64,000 bases of DNA from an uncultured Pirellulales bacterium (GCA_964526785.1 CAZGMJ010000024.1:4731-68730), one strand, 5' to 3'; positions 45,332-55,586 are shown, numbered from the stretch's first letter. The notes: a model not told the origin generated them from the letters alone. Numbers and translations are program-made.

Positions 45332-45988
45332 ATGCAGATACCCTTTACTACTAAAGAATTCTTCGACGTATTCGAATCGTATAATACGGGCATAGCAACC
45401 GCCCAGATCATAGCCTATGCCCTTGGCTGCATAACCGTCATTTTGGCCAGAAAGGCCGATCTACAGCGTAGCCGAGTCATTGTCGCCCTGCTCGCCCTGT
45501 TCTGGTTTTGGATCGGTATCTTCTACCACATCATGCATTTCGCACAGATCAATCCGGCAGCGCGCTTTTTCGGAGCGATGTTCGTCGCTCAGGGCCTGAT
45601 CTTTATCATAGCCGGTTGCGTCTATGGAAAACTTCGTTTTTCTTTCAAACGCAGACCGATTCCTCTCGTTGGGGTGGCCTTTATAGTCTACGCCATGGCA
45701 ATCTACCCTGCCATAGGCGCGCTATTTGGGCACATGTACCCGCGCTGCCCCGTCTTCGGAGTAGCGCCCTGCCCCACGGTCATCTTCACATTCGGGCTGT
45801 TGCTCTGGACATCTACACCTGTGCCAATGTACGTACTGATTATTCCGTTCCTTTGGTCCCTGATCGGCTTTTCTGCAGCTCTGCGATTGGGAGTCCCACA
45901 GGACTACGGCATGGTTGTAGCAGGCATCCTTGGTACTATCCTGATCATTATGAAGAACCGGCGATTGCGATCATGCTCAGGGAATTAG
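45332..45988 (+). CDS. Multi-pass membrane protein of unknown function
   Basis: Six hydrophobic helices and good ORF length. I can name no catalytic motif. Confidence 0.7.
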   Translation: MQIPFTTKEFFDVFESYNTGIATAQIIAYALGCITVILARKADLQRSRVIVALLALFWFWIGIFYHIMHFAQINPAARFFGAMFVAQGLIFIIAGCVYGKLRFSFKRRPIPLVGVAFIVYAMAIYPAIGALFGHMYPRCPVFGVAPCPTVIFTFGLLLWTSTPVPMYVLIIPFLWSLIGFSAALRLGVPQDYGMVVAGILGTILIIMKNRRLRSCSGN

Positions 45989-46134
45989 CTGTTGCGCACT
46001 TGTATCGCATACTGCGATCTTACCAGGCACGAGCACACTGCAGATGGTCGGCCTTGACCAGACACCGCCATAGCCTTTATGCTTACGCTCGTTTGATTCA
46101 GATTTGCCAATATGCACGATGGAGAACACATATA

Positions 46135-46950
46135 ATGAAGACGCACGGCATCCTTCTCATCATCGCACTTTCGAGCACGACCCTGCTCGTGGCATCCTGC
46201 AGTGGAAACACCGATTCCACAGGTAGCCGCAACAGGTTGCCTGTTGGCGAACAATACGAATTATTCTGGGCGGATGAATTTGAGGGAGAGAAGCTGGATA
46301 CGGACAAATGGGACTACCGCGCGCTCGGACCACGCCGAGACGCCGTCAACGTCAAAGATACAGTGGCGCTGGACGGCAACGGCCACCTGATCCTGACCAC
46401 CAAACGCCGCGGCGACACCTGCCACACGGCAATGATAGGCACGCAGGGTAAGTTCGAAACCGCATTTGGCTATTTCGAGTGCCGCGCCAAACTGCAGAAG
46501 CAGATTGGGCATTGGTCGGCATTCTGGCTTCAGAGCCCGACTCTGGGCAAACCCCTCGGCAATCCCCGGAAAGCGGGAACGGAAATCGATATTTTCGAGT
46601 ATCTGCGAAAGGATGGCCCGCGCGTACACCATAACCTGCATTGGGACGGCTATGGCAAGGAGCATAAGACCACCGGCACGACAGTAACCGTCCCTGGCTT
46701 GGAAGAAGGCTGGCATACATTCGGCTTACTCTGGACGGAAGAACAATACGTCTTCTACGTCGATGGGAACCAGACATGGCGGACGGACAAGGGCGTTTCC
46801 CATCGTCCCGAATACATCATATTGAGCCTTGAGGTCGGCAAATGGGCTGGCGACATCGAGCAGGCCGATCTGCCGGACCACCTGTCCGTGGATTATGTTC
46901 GAGTATATAAGAAGAAGCCCTCTCAAGATCAGTTGGACGAGAACAAATAG
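46135..46950 (+). CDS. Glycoside hydrolase family 16 lipoprotein (beta-glucanase/laminarinase-like)
   Basis: GGAGA RBS. Lipobox LVASC. LFWADEFEG. Catalytic E-I-D-I-F-E. The upstream 210 codons of the track ORF are an artefactual extension. Confidence 0.88.
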   Translation: MKTHGILLIIALSSTTLLVASCSGNTDSTGSRNRLPVGEQYELFWADEFEGEKLDTDKWDYRALGPRRDAVNVKDTVALDGNGHLILTTKRRGDTCHTAMIGTQGKFETAFGYFECRAKLQKQIGHWSAFWLQSPTLGKPLGNPRKAGTEIDIFEYLRKDGPRVHHNLHWDGYGKEHKTTGTTVTVPGLEEGWHTFGLLWTEEQYVFYVDGNQTWRTDKGVSHRPEYIILSLEVGKWAGDIEQADLPDHLSVDYVRVYKKKPSQDQLDENK

Positions 46951-47147
46951 CAATCCCCCGTACTCTCACCCTTTCGGACCGCATCACATTCCTCGCCCTT
47001 ACGGCAATAGGTACTGCTATGGCTCTCTTGACACGCTACGCCCATTGGCGGTATGCTCGTGCAGCATTGGCAGGATCAGAAAGGATTGAATGCACATTCG
47101 CTGCAACCGAAACGGTACAGCACGATCTTCTTTCGCTCTTCTAATCT

Positions 47148-48056
47148 ATGGAAGCCGTAGTCCTCGAAAATGTGAACAAGTCCTTCGGCCCGGTGCAAGC
47201 TGTTGCAGATGTGACCGGACATATAGCAGCCGGCACGGTCTGCGGCTTTCTCGGCCCCAACGGGGCGGGCAAGACGACAACAATCCGAATGATTATGGAT
47301 ATCATTCAGCCCGATGCGGGACGGATCGCGGTGCTGGGCAACAGTTCGGCCCGTGCGGCCAGGTCGCAAGTCGGCTATATGCCCGAAGAACGAGGCCTGT
47401 ATCGCAAAATGACAGCGGCCAAAGTGCTGTCGTATTTCGGTTCGCTAAAGGGCGTCGAAAACCGAACTCTGGGCCGGCAGGTGGCCAAATGGCTCAAGCG
47501 TGTCGACTTGTCAAACTGGGCGGACAAGAAGGTCGAGGAACTCAGTCGCGGGATGCATCAAAAGCTTCAGTTCGCCGTCACTGTCATCAATGACCCCGAT
47601 CTGCTCATCTTGGATGAGCCGTTTTCGGGCCTCGACCCGCTCAACACCGATCTCCTTAGAGCGATCATTCGCGAAATGAAGGATGCCGGACGAACGGTCA
47701 TCTTCTCGACGCACGCCATGCATGAGGCCGAGACCTTGTGCGACGATATCATCTTGATCAACAAAGGAAAAGTGGTCCTGGACGGACCCTTGGCCCGGAT
47801 TCGAGAACAGAACAGGCTCTCCGCGGTGTCGGTCCGAATCGAAGGAAATGCAGATTTCATTCGGACTCTGCCCGGCGTTACGGCCGTTACTCGAAACGCC
47901 GATAGAATCGAGATCGCTCTGGCCGAAGATGGCGATACACAGGAACTGCTGCTGGATATCGCCAGGCGCGTTCGCGTGCGGTCTTTCGAGGAGAAAATCC
48001 CTTCGCTTCACGAGATCTTTGTCAGCATGGTTGGACGAGATGGGAAAGATTCTTAG
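47148..48056 (+). CDS. ABC transporter ATP-binding protein (ABC-2 / NatA-type)
   Basis: Walker A GPNGAGKTT, signature LSRGMHQKLQF, Walker B LLILDEPFSGLD, H-loop STHAM. Confidence 0.92.
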   Translation: MEAVVLENVNKSFGPVQAVADVTGHIAAGTVCGFLGPNGAGKTTTIRMIMDIIQPDAGRIAVLGNSSARAARSQVGYMPEERGLYRKMTAAKVLSYFGSLKGVENRTLGRQVAKWLKRVDLSNWADKKVEELSRGMHQKLQFAVTVINDPDLLILDEPFSGLDPLNTDLLRAIIREMKDAGRTVIFSTHAMHEAETLCDDIILINKGKVVLDGPLARIREQNRLSAVSVRIEGNADFIRTLPGVTAVTRNADRIEIALAEDGDTQELLLDIARRVRVRSFEEKIPSLHEIFVSMVGRDGKDS

Positions 48057-49314
48057 AGTGGCACAACGCGAGTACGCCGAAACGGTCAGGACAAAGACCT
48101 TCATCCTCGGCGTCCTGATGGCCCCGGTGATCGTAGCCGGCATTATATTCTTCACCGGTCGCATATCGCGAGGTCCGAGCGGAACCCGACCGCCGTTGCG
48201 AGTCGAAGTGACAGATCATTCCGCCCAACTCGCACAAGAGATTCGCTCGGCTGTGGCCGAACGCAACCAGGCCGATCCGGACCGCAAGTTGGTCCTCTCC
48301 ATGCTCGATGCGAAAAACGACGATCGCAAAGACATTGAGGCAAGAGGCAAAGCCCGGCTGCGAGAAGGAAAAACGGATGTCTATGCAGTGATCGACCCCA
48401 ACATCATCGCCGGCGATGGTCAAATACACTTCTACACCTACAAACCCAAAGCATCCAATCTCGACAGACTCGGCTCCGTTGAGCATCTGCTGAGAACGGC
48501 GGTGATCAATCGGCGATGCGAAGTTGAAGATATCTCCGCCCAACTGCTAAGCAGAATCCGCCGGGTGTCCGTTGTGACCATTGAAGTGGGCGAAACGGCC
48601 GGCAAGCAGAAGGTGCAGAAACAAAGCGACAAGATCATGAAGATGATGGTGCCCTTCTTCTTCATGTACCTAATGTTCATGGGTATGATCGGCACCGGCC
48701 AGCACATGATCAGCAGCGTAATCGAAGAGAAGGGCTCTCGCGTCATTGAAGTGCTTCTCTCAGCGGTCAGTCCGTTCCAGTTGATGACGGGCAAGATCGT
48801 GGGGTTGGCCGGTATCGGACTGACGGTAGTCGGCATCTGGGGAGGAGCAGCTTTTGCCGCCGCACGCTACAAAGGCTTCCAGGTCGATGTGCCGCCCGCA
48901 ATGCTCGTGTATTTCGTGCTCTACTTCCTCCCCGGATTTCTCCTGTTCACCTCCCTGCTCGCCGGCGTCGGCTCCGTCTGCAACACGCTCAAGGAGACCC
49001 AGGGACTGATGATGCCGATCATGCTGGTATTCATCCTGCCTCTGCTGGCGTGGATGAAACTGGCCCAGGAACCGGACGGCCTGCTTGCCCGGGCGCTGTC
49101 CTTCTTTCCGCCGTTAACCCCGATGGTCATGATGCTGCGCATCTCCGCCAGCGAAGATATCTCTGCGATTGAAATAGGCGCCTCGCTCGTTGTGCTCGTG
49201 CTCGGTCTGGCAATTACGATGTGGGCGGCCGCAAAGGTCTTTCGCACCGGCATTCTTATGTACGGAAAACGCCCGGGCCTGCGCGAAATACTCCGCTGGG
49301 TCCGTCATGCGTAG
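48040..49314 (+). CDS. ABC-2 family permease (NatB-like) with large extracytoplasmic loop
   Basis: The start MGKILRVAQREYAETVRTKTF overlaps the ATPase gene end by 17 nt. TM1 is followed by a ~180-aa loop and then 5 TM helices. Confidence 0.85.
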   Translation: MGKILRVAQREYAETVRTKTFILGVLMAPVIVAGIIFFTGRISRGPSGTRPPLRVEVTDHSAQLAQEIRSAVAERNQADPDRKLVLSMLDAKNDDRKDIEARGKARLREGKTDVYAVIDPNIIAGDGQIHFYTYKPKASNLDRLGSVEHLLRTAVINRRCEVEDISAQLLSRIRRVSVVTIEVGETAGKQKVQKQSDKIMKMMVPFFFMYLMFMGMIGTGQHMISSVIEEKGSRVIEVLLSAVSPFQLMTGKIVGLAGIGLTVVGIWGGAAFAAARYKGFQVDVPPAMLVYFVLYFLPGFLLFTSLLAGVGSVCNTLKETQGLMMPIMLVFILPLLAWMKLAQEPDGLLARALSFFPPLTPMVMMLRISASEDISAIEIGASLVVLVLGLAITMWAAAKVFRTGILMYGKRPGLREILRWVRHA

Positions 49315-49365
49315 CGGGAAAAATGAAAACCAGTTGCTTCTTTGGATTACACGCATATACGCAAT

Positions 49366-50109
49366 ATGAGTGGTACCTTCTACAATTTGGGAAAAAAACT
49401 CGGCCCGAAAGTCCGCAAAGCCAAATGGGTATGGCATTCTGCCACAGGCACCGAGGCCGATGCAATCAAGACCGAAAACGAAGTCGGCCGCGATCTCGCG
49501 TCTGAGGTGCGATGCCAACTGGCTCTCGATACGGACCCGAAAATCCGAGCCCTGTTGAAGAAAATCGGATCGCGTCTGTCCAAATGCGTTGCCAATCGCT
49601 ATCGTACGTTCAGCTTCGAATGTGTCGAGCAGGGCAAGCCCAATGCTTTCGCACTTCCGGGCGGTTTCATATTCATCACACGCTCGCTTATCGAACTCAG
49701 TAAGCGCGATAAGGATGAATTGGCTTTCGTGCTCAGTCATGAGATGGCCCACGTTATTCGCGGCCACGCGATGGAGCGAATTATGAGTCAATCGGCCGTC
49801 TCAGCCGCCGCCCGCGTCACACCTGCCCGCAGTGTGCTCGGCGGATGGCTCAAGCGCGTCGGCATACAGTTCCTCGAAAGCGCCTATTCGCAGGATTTGG
49901 AGACCGAGTCAGATAGACTCGCTGTTCGGCTCACAAAGACGGCACGGTACGACCCCAATGGAGCGATACGCCTGCTCTCGCGTCTGGCCGAACTGAATAC
50001 GGACCAACAGGACAGCGACCTCAGCGCATACCTCTCGTCGCATCCACCGCACAGCAACCGAATCCTCAGCATCCAACGGATGATTGCCAAACTGGACGAA
50101 CGATCGTAG
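49366..50109 (+). CDS. M48-family zinc metallopeptidase
   Basis: NAFALPGGFIFITRSL followed by HEMAHVIRGH (HExxH). The start is uncertain (ATG 49366 vs TTG 49342). Confidence 0.85.
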   Translation: MSGTFYNLGKKLGPKVRKAKWVWHSATGTEADAIKTENEVGRDLASEVRCQLALDTDPKIRALLKKIGSRLSKCVANRYRTFSFECVEQGKPNAFALPGGFIFITRSLIELSKRDKDELAFVLSHEMAHVIRGHAMERIMSQSAVSAAARVTPARSVLGGWLKRVGIQFLESAYSQDLETESDRLAVRLTKTARYDPNGAIRLLSRLAELNTDQQDSDLSAYLSSHPPHSNRILSIQRMIAKLDERS

Positions 50110-50161
50110 CTCACTGCAGAACCAGCACAACCATAACAGAACACAACGAGAAGCGTCGAAG

Positions 50162-51439
50162 ATGAAACACAATATCCTGATAGCGGTACTCATGCTGTGC
50201 ATAAGCCCCGTCGCCAACGCGGAAAACGCCGTCCAAAGCGGCTTCTACCGAGATTACTGGGCACAGTGGGACGAACGCATCAGCAACTGTCGCGGCCGTC
50301 TTCGCGTAAACGACACCGAACTGAGCCTGAACGAGAACTTCGGCAGACGCAGCGAAGCCAGAGCAAACGGCCTCGCCCTCATTCACATAGATGAGGACCT
50401 GTTTGCCTTACGTTCGAGCGAATTGTATCTGGAAATATGGGGCGGCCACCCGCATACAGCCGACAAACGCTTCTACCTCAACGGCAAACAGCGTTACGAT
50501 CTGCCCGAGGTGGGTACCGCCGCCGGAAACTGCACGTACGACTACCCCACGATCCCCGTAGAGGTTCGCCACCTCGTCCGCGGCGCCAATGCCCTGCAAT
50601 TCGCGTGCGATCGCGGGAAATCTTTCTGGGGACATTTCATCCTGGATAATGCCGCGTTGCGCTGCTATCTCCAGCCCGACCATGCAGACCTCAAAGCCGC
50701 CGGACTGGACAAGTTCAGTGCCGCAGTGGCCGTGGAAGGCGATCCGGTAGCAGTTGGCGACACGATCCGGCTGTCCCTGTCATACCCGAAGAACCTCGAA
50801 CCACATATCCTATCTGTAGATTACTTCGCCCGCTACTTCGGATTCGACGACAACGGCGACGACCGCCAAAATGACTGGCATGGATATACGCAGAACCGCC
50901 TGCCTCGCAACCATGTCGGGACGGCTTCCGTTGCACCATACACAGTCTCCTGGAACGCTGCGATGATCCCCAGCCAACCCCAGCCAATGGCCGTACGCGC
51001 CGTAGTGCATCTCAAGAGCGGTCTCAAGTACGCGACAGAACCGACAGCAGGCCTCTCATTTGCCGAAGGTAGAAGTCGCGTACGAATGTACCGGTGCTCC
51101 GATATGCCGGTGCCATTCTGGTCTCGTGCCTCGCGCGTGAAGAAGGCGACCATCGAACTGCCTGCCGACATGTCAAATATCAGTAGGGCTCGACTGATGA
51201 TCAAGATATGGGATGGCGGTGAGGGATCGGTAGATAAGCCATTCAGGATAAACGGCCATGCGTACGACATCACCTCGCACAAAGCAATTCACGATGTCGT
51301 GTTTACAGTTGCGGATGTCGATCCTCAACATCTCTGCAGCGGAGCAAATACGCTGATGCTTCTGTCCGACACAACACATCACGGAATCGAGGTCCTTCTC
51401 CCCGGCCCCGTATTGGTCATACGCTATGAAGGTGAGTGA
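50162..51439 (+). CDS. Secreted hypothetical protein with an internal two-domain duplication
   Basis: Signal peptide MKHNILIAVLMLCISPVANA. Two related segments (ELYLEIWGGHPHTADKRFYLNGKQRYDL...NALQF and ARLMIKIWDGGEGSVDKPFRINGHAYDI...NTLML). Confidence 0.7.
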   Translation: MKHNILIAVLMLCISPVANAENAVQSGFYRDYWAQWDERISNCRGRLRVNDTELSLNENFGRRSEARANGLALIHIDEDLFALRSSELYLEIWGGHPHTADKRFYLNGKQRYDLPEVGTAAGNCTYDYPTIPVEVRHLVRGANALQFACDRGKSFWGHFILDNAALRCYLQPDHADLKAAGLDKFSAAVAVEGDPVAVGDTIRLSLSYPKNLEPHILSVDYFARYFGFDDNGDDRQNDWHGYTQNRLPRNHVGTASVAPYTVSWNAAMIPSQPQPMAVRAVVHLKSGLKYATEPTAGLSFAEGRSRVRMYRCSDMPVPFWSRASRVKKATIELPADMSNISRARLMIKIWDGGEGSVDKPFRINGHAYDITSHKAIHDVVFTVADVDPQHLCSGANTLMLLSDTTHHGIEVLLPGPVLVIRYEGE

Positions 51440-51588
51440 TACAGCCCGTCCCGGACCTGGCGGTTGCGATTACCGCGCCCCCGCAATCGCAGGCAACGCG
51501 GCCGATTCAGCGGGCAAGTCGTCGATGAAACGAAAAGCGTATGGTCTCTGTCCACTCCTTCCGGAACCAGCGACTACCCGCTGTTTAT

Positions 51589-53004
51589 CTATACGCAACA
51601 CTTCTGGACCGCGGTCCCTTGCGGCAAGGTGAAGCACACGGCCCCATGACTTTCCTGGGTCGTCTTAACCCAGATTCGCCCGCCGTGCATCTCAATCAAC
51701 TCCTTGGCAATAGCCGGCCCCAGATTGAGTGAACTACTCTGTTCCGACTTGGCCATCTGCACATGTTCGAAGGCATTGAGTACATCCCCGAGGCCGTCCG
51801 GGCCCCCAGCGAGGTCATCGCCCTGTATCTCCACTACGAAATCAGGCCCCGCCGGGCGTACTTGCACCCCAATTCGGCCGCCGTCCCTGCTCCCATCAAT
51901 TGCGCATACCAGCAGACTGCGCAAAACCTGTTTGATGCGGACATAGTCGCCGACAACCATCCACTGCGGATCCACGCCCGATACGTCAATGGTCAATTGC
52001 CTTTCACCGGCCAGTGACGCAAGCGCTTCTGACACATTTGAAATCGCCGTATCGAGGGGGAACTCCTGCCTCTCCAACCTCGCTCGACCACCGCTCACAG
52101 ATAGCAAATCGTGAAAATCATGAATGAGGCCCCTGGCGTCTTCCGTCCGATTCTGCGATAGCATCGTATCGAGCGACTTGCCCACCGCGATGGCCATTTC
52201 GTTAAGAAGACGATTCTGCTTTTCGAGTTTGGCATTGGCGCCTCGGAGTTCGTCTTCGGCGAGAATACGATCGGTAATATCGCGCCCCACGCCCACAATC
52301 GCCATATCACGTCCCTTCGTATCCTTGATGATAGACCGAGACAGTGAAACAGGAAAAATGCTGCCGTCCTGGCGTTTGTGATAGAAACCTACCTCCCAAC
52401 TGCTGCCGATGGCTCGGCTCTGGAATACGCTCCTGGTCCCATGCGTCGCTTCATTGCCGGCCCAGAGAATGCTCCCTTCTCTGCCGACAATCTCCTCTTC
52501 CTTGTATCCGTACGTCCGACAGAACGCACGGTTGACAAAGACAATCTTGTCGTCCAGATCGGTAATATATACGCTGTCGTCCGTGCTCCTGATCGCCCCG
52601 GAAAGCAGTCGCAGATGGTCCTCCGTGCGCTTGTGTCGAATTGCGTTTTCAACGGTTATGGGAAGTGCCTTAAGGTAGCTTCGATCCACGTCCTTTGTGA
52701 GATAGTCGTACGCACCTGCCTGCCAGACCTGAACTGCCACATCTTCATCGCCCGCACCGGTAACCAGAATGACCGGCGCATCTTTCACCATTGCCAACAC
52801 ATCGAGAGCTGAGCCGTCGCCTAGCGAATAGTCTGAGATGACCGCATCGAAACTTGAATCCTTCAGCACTTGCTTCGCCTCGCCGACGGACCCCGCCGTC
52901 GTGCAATCATATGGCAACTCCTCCGCTTTCACGAACCTCTCAAACGCCTTTTGGTCCAGCTTGTCGTCTTCGACAAGCAACAACTTGTACTTCACGTCGC
53001 CCAT
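51589..53004 (-). CDS. Receiver-PAS-degenerate histidine-kinase-like protein
   Basis: REC (LLLVEDD...AVISDYSLGDGS...ILVTG...YLTKD). PAS (VYITDLDDKIVFVNRAFCRTYGYKEEEIVGR). The C-terminal HATPase-like fold has eroded H, N and G1 boxes (see findings). Confidence 0.85.
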   Translation of the reverse strand: MGDVKYKLLLVEDDKLDQKAFERFVKAEELPYDCTTAGSVGEAKQVLKDSSFDAVISDYSLGDGSALDVLAMVKDAPVILVTGAGDEDVAVQVWQAGAYDYLTKDVDRSYLKALPITVENAIRHKRTEDHLRLLSGAIRSTDDSVYITDLDDKIVFVNRAFCRTYGYKEEEIVGREGSILWAGNEATHGTRSVFQSRAIGSSWEVGFYHKRQDGSIFPVSLSRSIIKDTKGRDMAIVGVGRDITDRILAEDELRGANAKLEKQNRLLNEMAIAVGKSLDTMLSQNRTEDARGLIHDFHDLLSVSGGRARLERQEFPLDTAISNVSEALASLAGERQLTIDVSGVDPQWMVVGDYVRIKQVLRSLLVCAIDGSRDGGRIGVQVRPAGPDFVVEIQGDDLAGGPDGLGDVLNAFEHVQMAKSEQSSSLNLGPAIAKELIEMHGGRIWVKTTQESHGAVCFTLPQGTAVQKCCV

Positions 53005-53009
53005 TTGTC

Positions 53010-53432
53010 TTACCCCCTTGTCGGCAACTTGCTCGCGTCTCGCATGAAATGCTCGATTATTCGCAGCGACTCCGAGAACTCCTCGAAGTCTGTCGATTTC
53101 ACAACATATGCGCATGCCCCGGCCTCCAGTGCCTTCTGTTTATCTTCGGCTTCATCCGAACCGCTTAGCGCAATGACGGGTATCGAAGCCAGGTCCGCGT
53201 CCTGTTTGACGGCATCGAGGAACTCCAGTCCGCTCATACGCGGTGCGTGCATATCCAGTATAATAGCCTCTGGCATGCTCTTTCGATCGGCCGTCAATAC
53301 CTCCAGAGCTTCGCAGCCATCCGCAACATGAACAACGTGCACCGACGCACAATGCCCTTTCAACACACGCCGCACAACCATCGCATCAATGCGGTCATCT
53401 TCTACCAATAGTATTGACCGTTCGTCCTGCAT
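53010..53432 (-). CDS. Single-domain response regulator (CheY/Rcp-like)
   Basis: ILLVEDDRID, IILDMHAPRMSG, IPVIALSGS, YVVKS. Confidence 0.9.
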   Translation of the reverse strand: MQDERSILLVEDDRIDAMVVRRVLKGHCASVHVVHVADGCEALEVLTADRKSMPEAIILDMHAPRMSGLEFLDAVKQDADLASIPVIALSGSDEAEDKQKALEAGACAYVVKSTDFEEFSESLRIIEHFMRDASKLPTRG

Positions 53433-53542
53433 TTGCGACCCCCTTTATGCCGTTCTTCGCGTTTCTCTTGATGCGTCTGCTTCATACTACTCCGTTCGGC
53501 CGTCCGATCCGCCACATGTTTTCTCATCACGTTCCGTTGCTC

Positions 53543-54037
53543 TCACTCTCTCACACCCCTTGTGCCATCCGTCGCAGCACAAGTATGTGCAGTCCCCTCC
53601 GCCTGCGCACATGCTGGTATTTCGCTGACCGCCCAATAGCGGTGCACGGCACGCATCGTCTCCAGAAAACTCGCATAGTCAATGGACTTAACCATGTAGC
53701 CGGCCGCCCCCAGATCGAAAGACCGCTCGATATCTCCTCGTTCGCTTGACGTCGTCAGTATCGTTACCGGTATCTTACGGTGCCGATCGCTCGCCTTTAG
53801 CACATCGAGGAACTCAAAACCATTCATTCGCGGCATATTGAGATCCAGCAGTATCAGGCAAGGCTGCGAACCGGCTGATTCGTTCAGATACTCTAACGCT
53901 TCCTCTCCGTTGGATCGATGAACCAATGAATTCTCCAGTTTCAGATCGCGCACCGCCCGTCGTACGGCCATCGCATCGACCATATCGTCTTCAACTAACA
54001 GTATTGGCCTCGAATCACGCACAGCCAGCCTCCACAT
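53543..54037 (-). CDS. Single-domain response regulator (CheY/Rcp-like)
   Basis: ILLVEDDMVD, LILLDLNMPRMNG, IPVTILTTS, YMVKS. The start is ATG 54037 or GTG 54022, and either overlaps the upstream gene end. Confidence 0.88.
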   Translation of the reverse strand: MWRLAVRDSRPILLVEDDMVDAMAVRRAVRDLKLENSLVHRSNGEEALEYLNESAGSQPCLILLDLNMPRMNGFEFLDVLKASDRHRKIPVTILTTSSERGDIERSFDLGAAGYMVKSIDYASFLETMRAVHRYWAVSEIPACAQAEGTAHTCAATDGTRGVRE

Positions 54038-55145
54038 GTTGTTTTGGAAAAGTAAAGTAGAATGTCGTACCCGCGCCCACCTCGGACTCCAGCCATATTC
54101 TCCCCCCGTACATCTCGACAATCTTTTTCACAACCGTCAACCCGACGCCCGTGCTTTCATAAGCGTCTGTCGCCGAGAGCGTTTGGAACATCTTGAAGAT
54201 TTTCTCATAGTACTTTTCAGCAATGCCGGGACCGTTGTCACTTACGTGGAACTTCCACATGTCCTCGTCTTCGACACAACCGACCCGCACTCGCCCTTCC
54301 GGCTTGTCCATATACTTGACTGCATTGCTCAGCAGATTCTGAAATACCTGCGATATGCGCGTATGCTCGCAAACCACAACAGGCAGTTCGCCTTCAATGG
54401 AAAAATAAATATCGACGGGCGCCGAGAGCATGTCCCATATCTCCGGAACCAGCGTATCGAGGTGCACTGTCGATGTCTGCTCCTTCTGCCTGCCCACCCT
54501 CGAATAGTGCAGAATCCCATCGATCAGCTTATGCATGCGATCTACGCGATCGGCCAGTAATTCCATCTGCTCCTTGCCTTCTTCGGTCAGCCTGTCGATA
54601 TTGTCCTCCATGATCCATTCGGCCAGTGTCTTTATGCCGCGCAGCGGAGCCTTCAGATCGTGCGACACGATCGAGGCGAAATCGTTCAACTCCCGATTCG
54701 TGTCTTCCAGATCCTTGAGAAGCTTGCTCAAATTGCGCTCCGCCCGTTTGCGCTCCACCGCATAACGGATAATCCGTACCAGTGCGAACTCCAGTGACTT
54801 GCCTTTTACGAGATAATCCTCAGCACCGTTGCGAATGGCTTCCAGCGCTAGTTCGCTGTCGGCCGCCCCCGTCAGCACAATTACGGGAACCTCGCCGCTG
54901 ACCTCGTGCACCTTCTGTACTGTCTCCAAACCGTAGCTGTCGGGCAGTCCGAGATCGAGCAGAACGATATCACTGCGCACCGCTTCCAGGTGCCGGACTG
55001 CTTCCGAAAGCGTGCCGACTGCCGTTACCTCGAAGACCACCGAATCGCACGTTTGCTTGAGCGGCATTTCGACAAGCCGGCGATCCGCGGGGTCGTCGTC
55101 AACCAGCAGGACACATATTCGCTCTTTGTCTGTATTCATCAGCAT
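54015..55145 (-). CDS. Hybrid receiver-histidine kinase (REC-HisKA-HATPase_c)
   Basis: REC (VLLVDDDPADRRL, VLLDLGLPDSYG, VIVLTG, YLVKG). H-box SIVSHDLKAPLRGI. N-box LLSNAVKY. G1 DNGPGI. G2 GVGLTVVKKIV. Confidence 0.9.
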   Translation of the reverse strand: MLMNTDKERICVLLVDDDPADRRLVEMPLKQTCDSVVFEVTAVGTLSEAVRHLEAVRSDIVLLDLGLPDSYGLETVQKVHEVSGEVPVIVLTGAADSELALEAIRNGAEDYLVKGKSLEFALVRIIRYAVERKRAERNLSKLLKDLEDTNRELNDFASIVSHDLKAPLRGIKTLAEWIMEDNIDRLTEEGKEQMELLADRVDRMHKLIDGILHYSRVGRQKEQTSTVHLDTLVPEIWDMLSAPVDIYFSIEGELPVVVCEHTRISQVFQNLLSNAVKYMDKPEGRVRVGCVEDEDMWKFHVSDNGPGIAEKYYEKIFKMFQTLSATDAYESTGVGLTVVKKIVEMYGGRIWLESEVGAGTTFYFTFPKQHVEAGCA

Positions 55146-55581
55146 GTGGGGCTCTTTTGCAAATGACAAACCAATAACCGGTAACATTGTGCAGGACTTC
55201 ATGGAAGCCTTCGAGACTTCCGGGTTTCTTGATATAACCGGCTGCCTGAAACTTGAAACTCTCGATGATATCCTTCTCGGCGTCTGATGTCGTCAATATG
55301 ACCACCGGGATGGATGCCAATCCGGGCTCGGATTTGAGCCATCGCAGAAACTCCTGACCGCCCATGCCCGGCATGTTCAAATCCAGTAGGATCAGATCGG
55401 GAAACGGCGACTGTGTATCCCCCTCCTGGCTCCGACGCAAATACGCCACCGCATCTTCCGCACTGTCGGCCACGCGAAGCTCATTCGCAATCCGATCGTT
55501 GCTCAGTGCCTTGGCCACCAGCTTCTGATCGCCGCGATCATCTTCGACCAGCAATATTATGACTTCCTGAAACAGGTCCAT
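55099..55581 (-). CDS. Single-domain response regulator (CheY/Rcp-like)
   Basis: ILLVEDDRGDQKL, LILLDLNMPGMGG, IPVVILTTS, YIKKP. The upstream 115 codons of the track ORF are an extension. Confidence 0.9.
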   Translation of the reverse strand: MDLFQEVIILLVEDDRGDQKLVAKALSNDRIANELRVADSAEDAVAYLRRSQEGDTQSPFPDLILLDLNMPGMGGQEFLRWLKSEPGLASIPVVILTTSDAEKDIIESFKFQAAGYIKKPGSLEGFHEVLHNVTGYWFVICKRAPHADEYRQRANMCPAG

Positions 55582-55586
55582 CGTCC

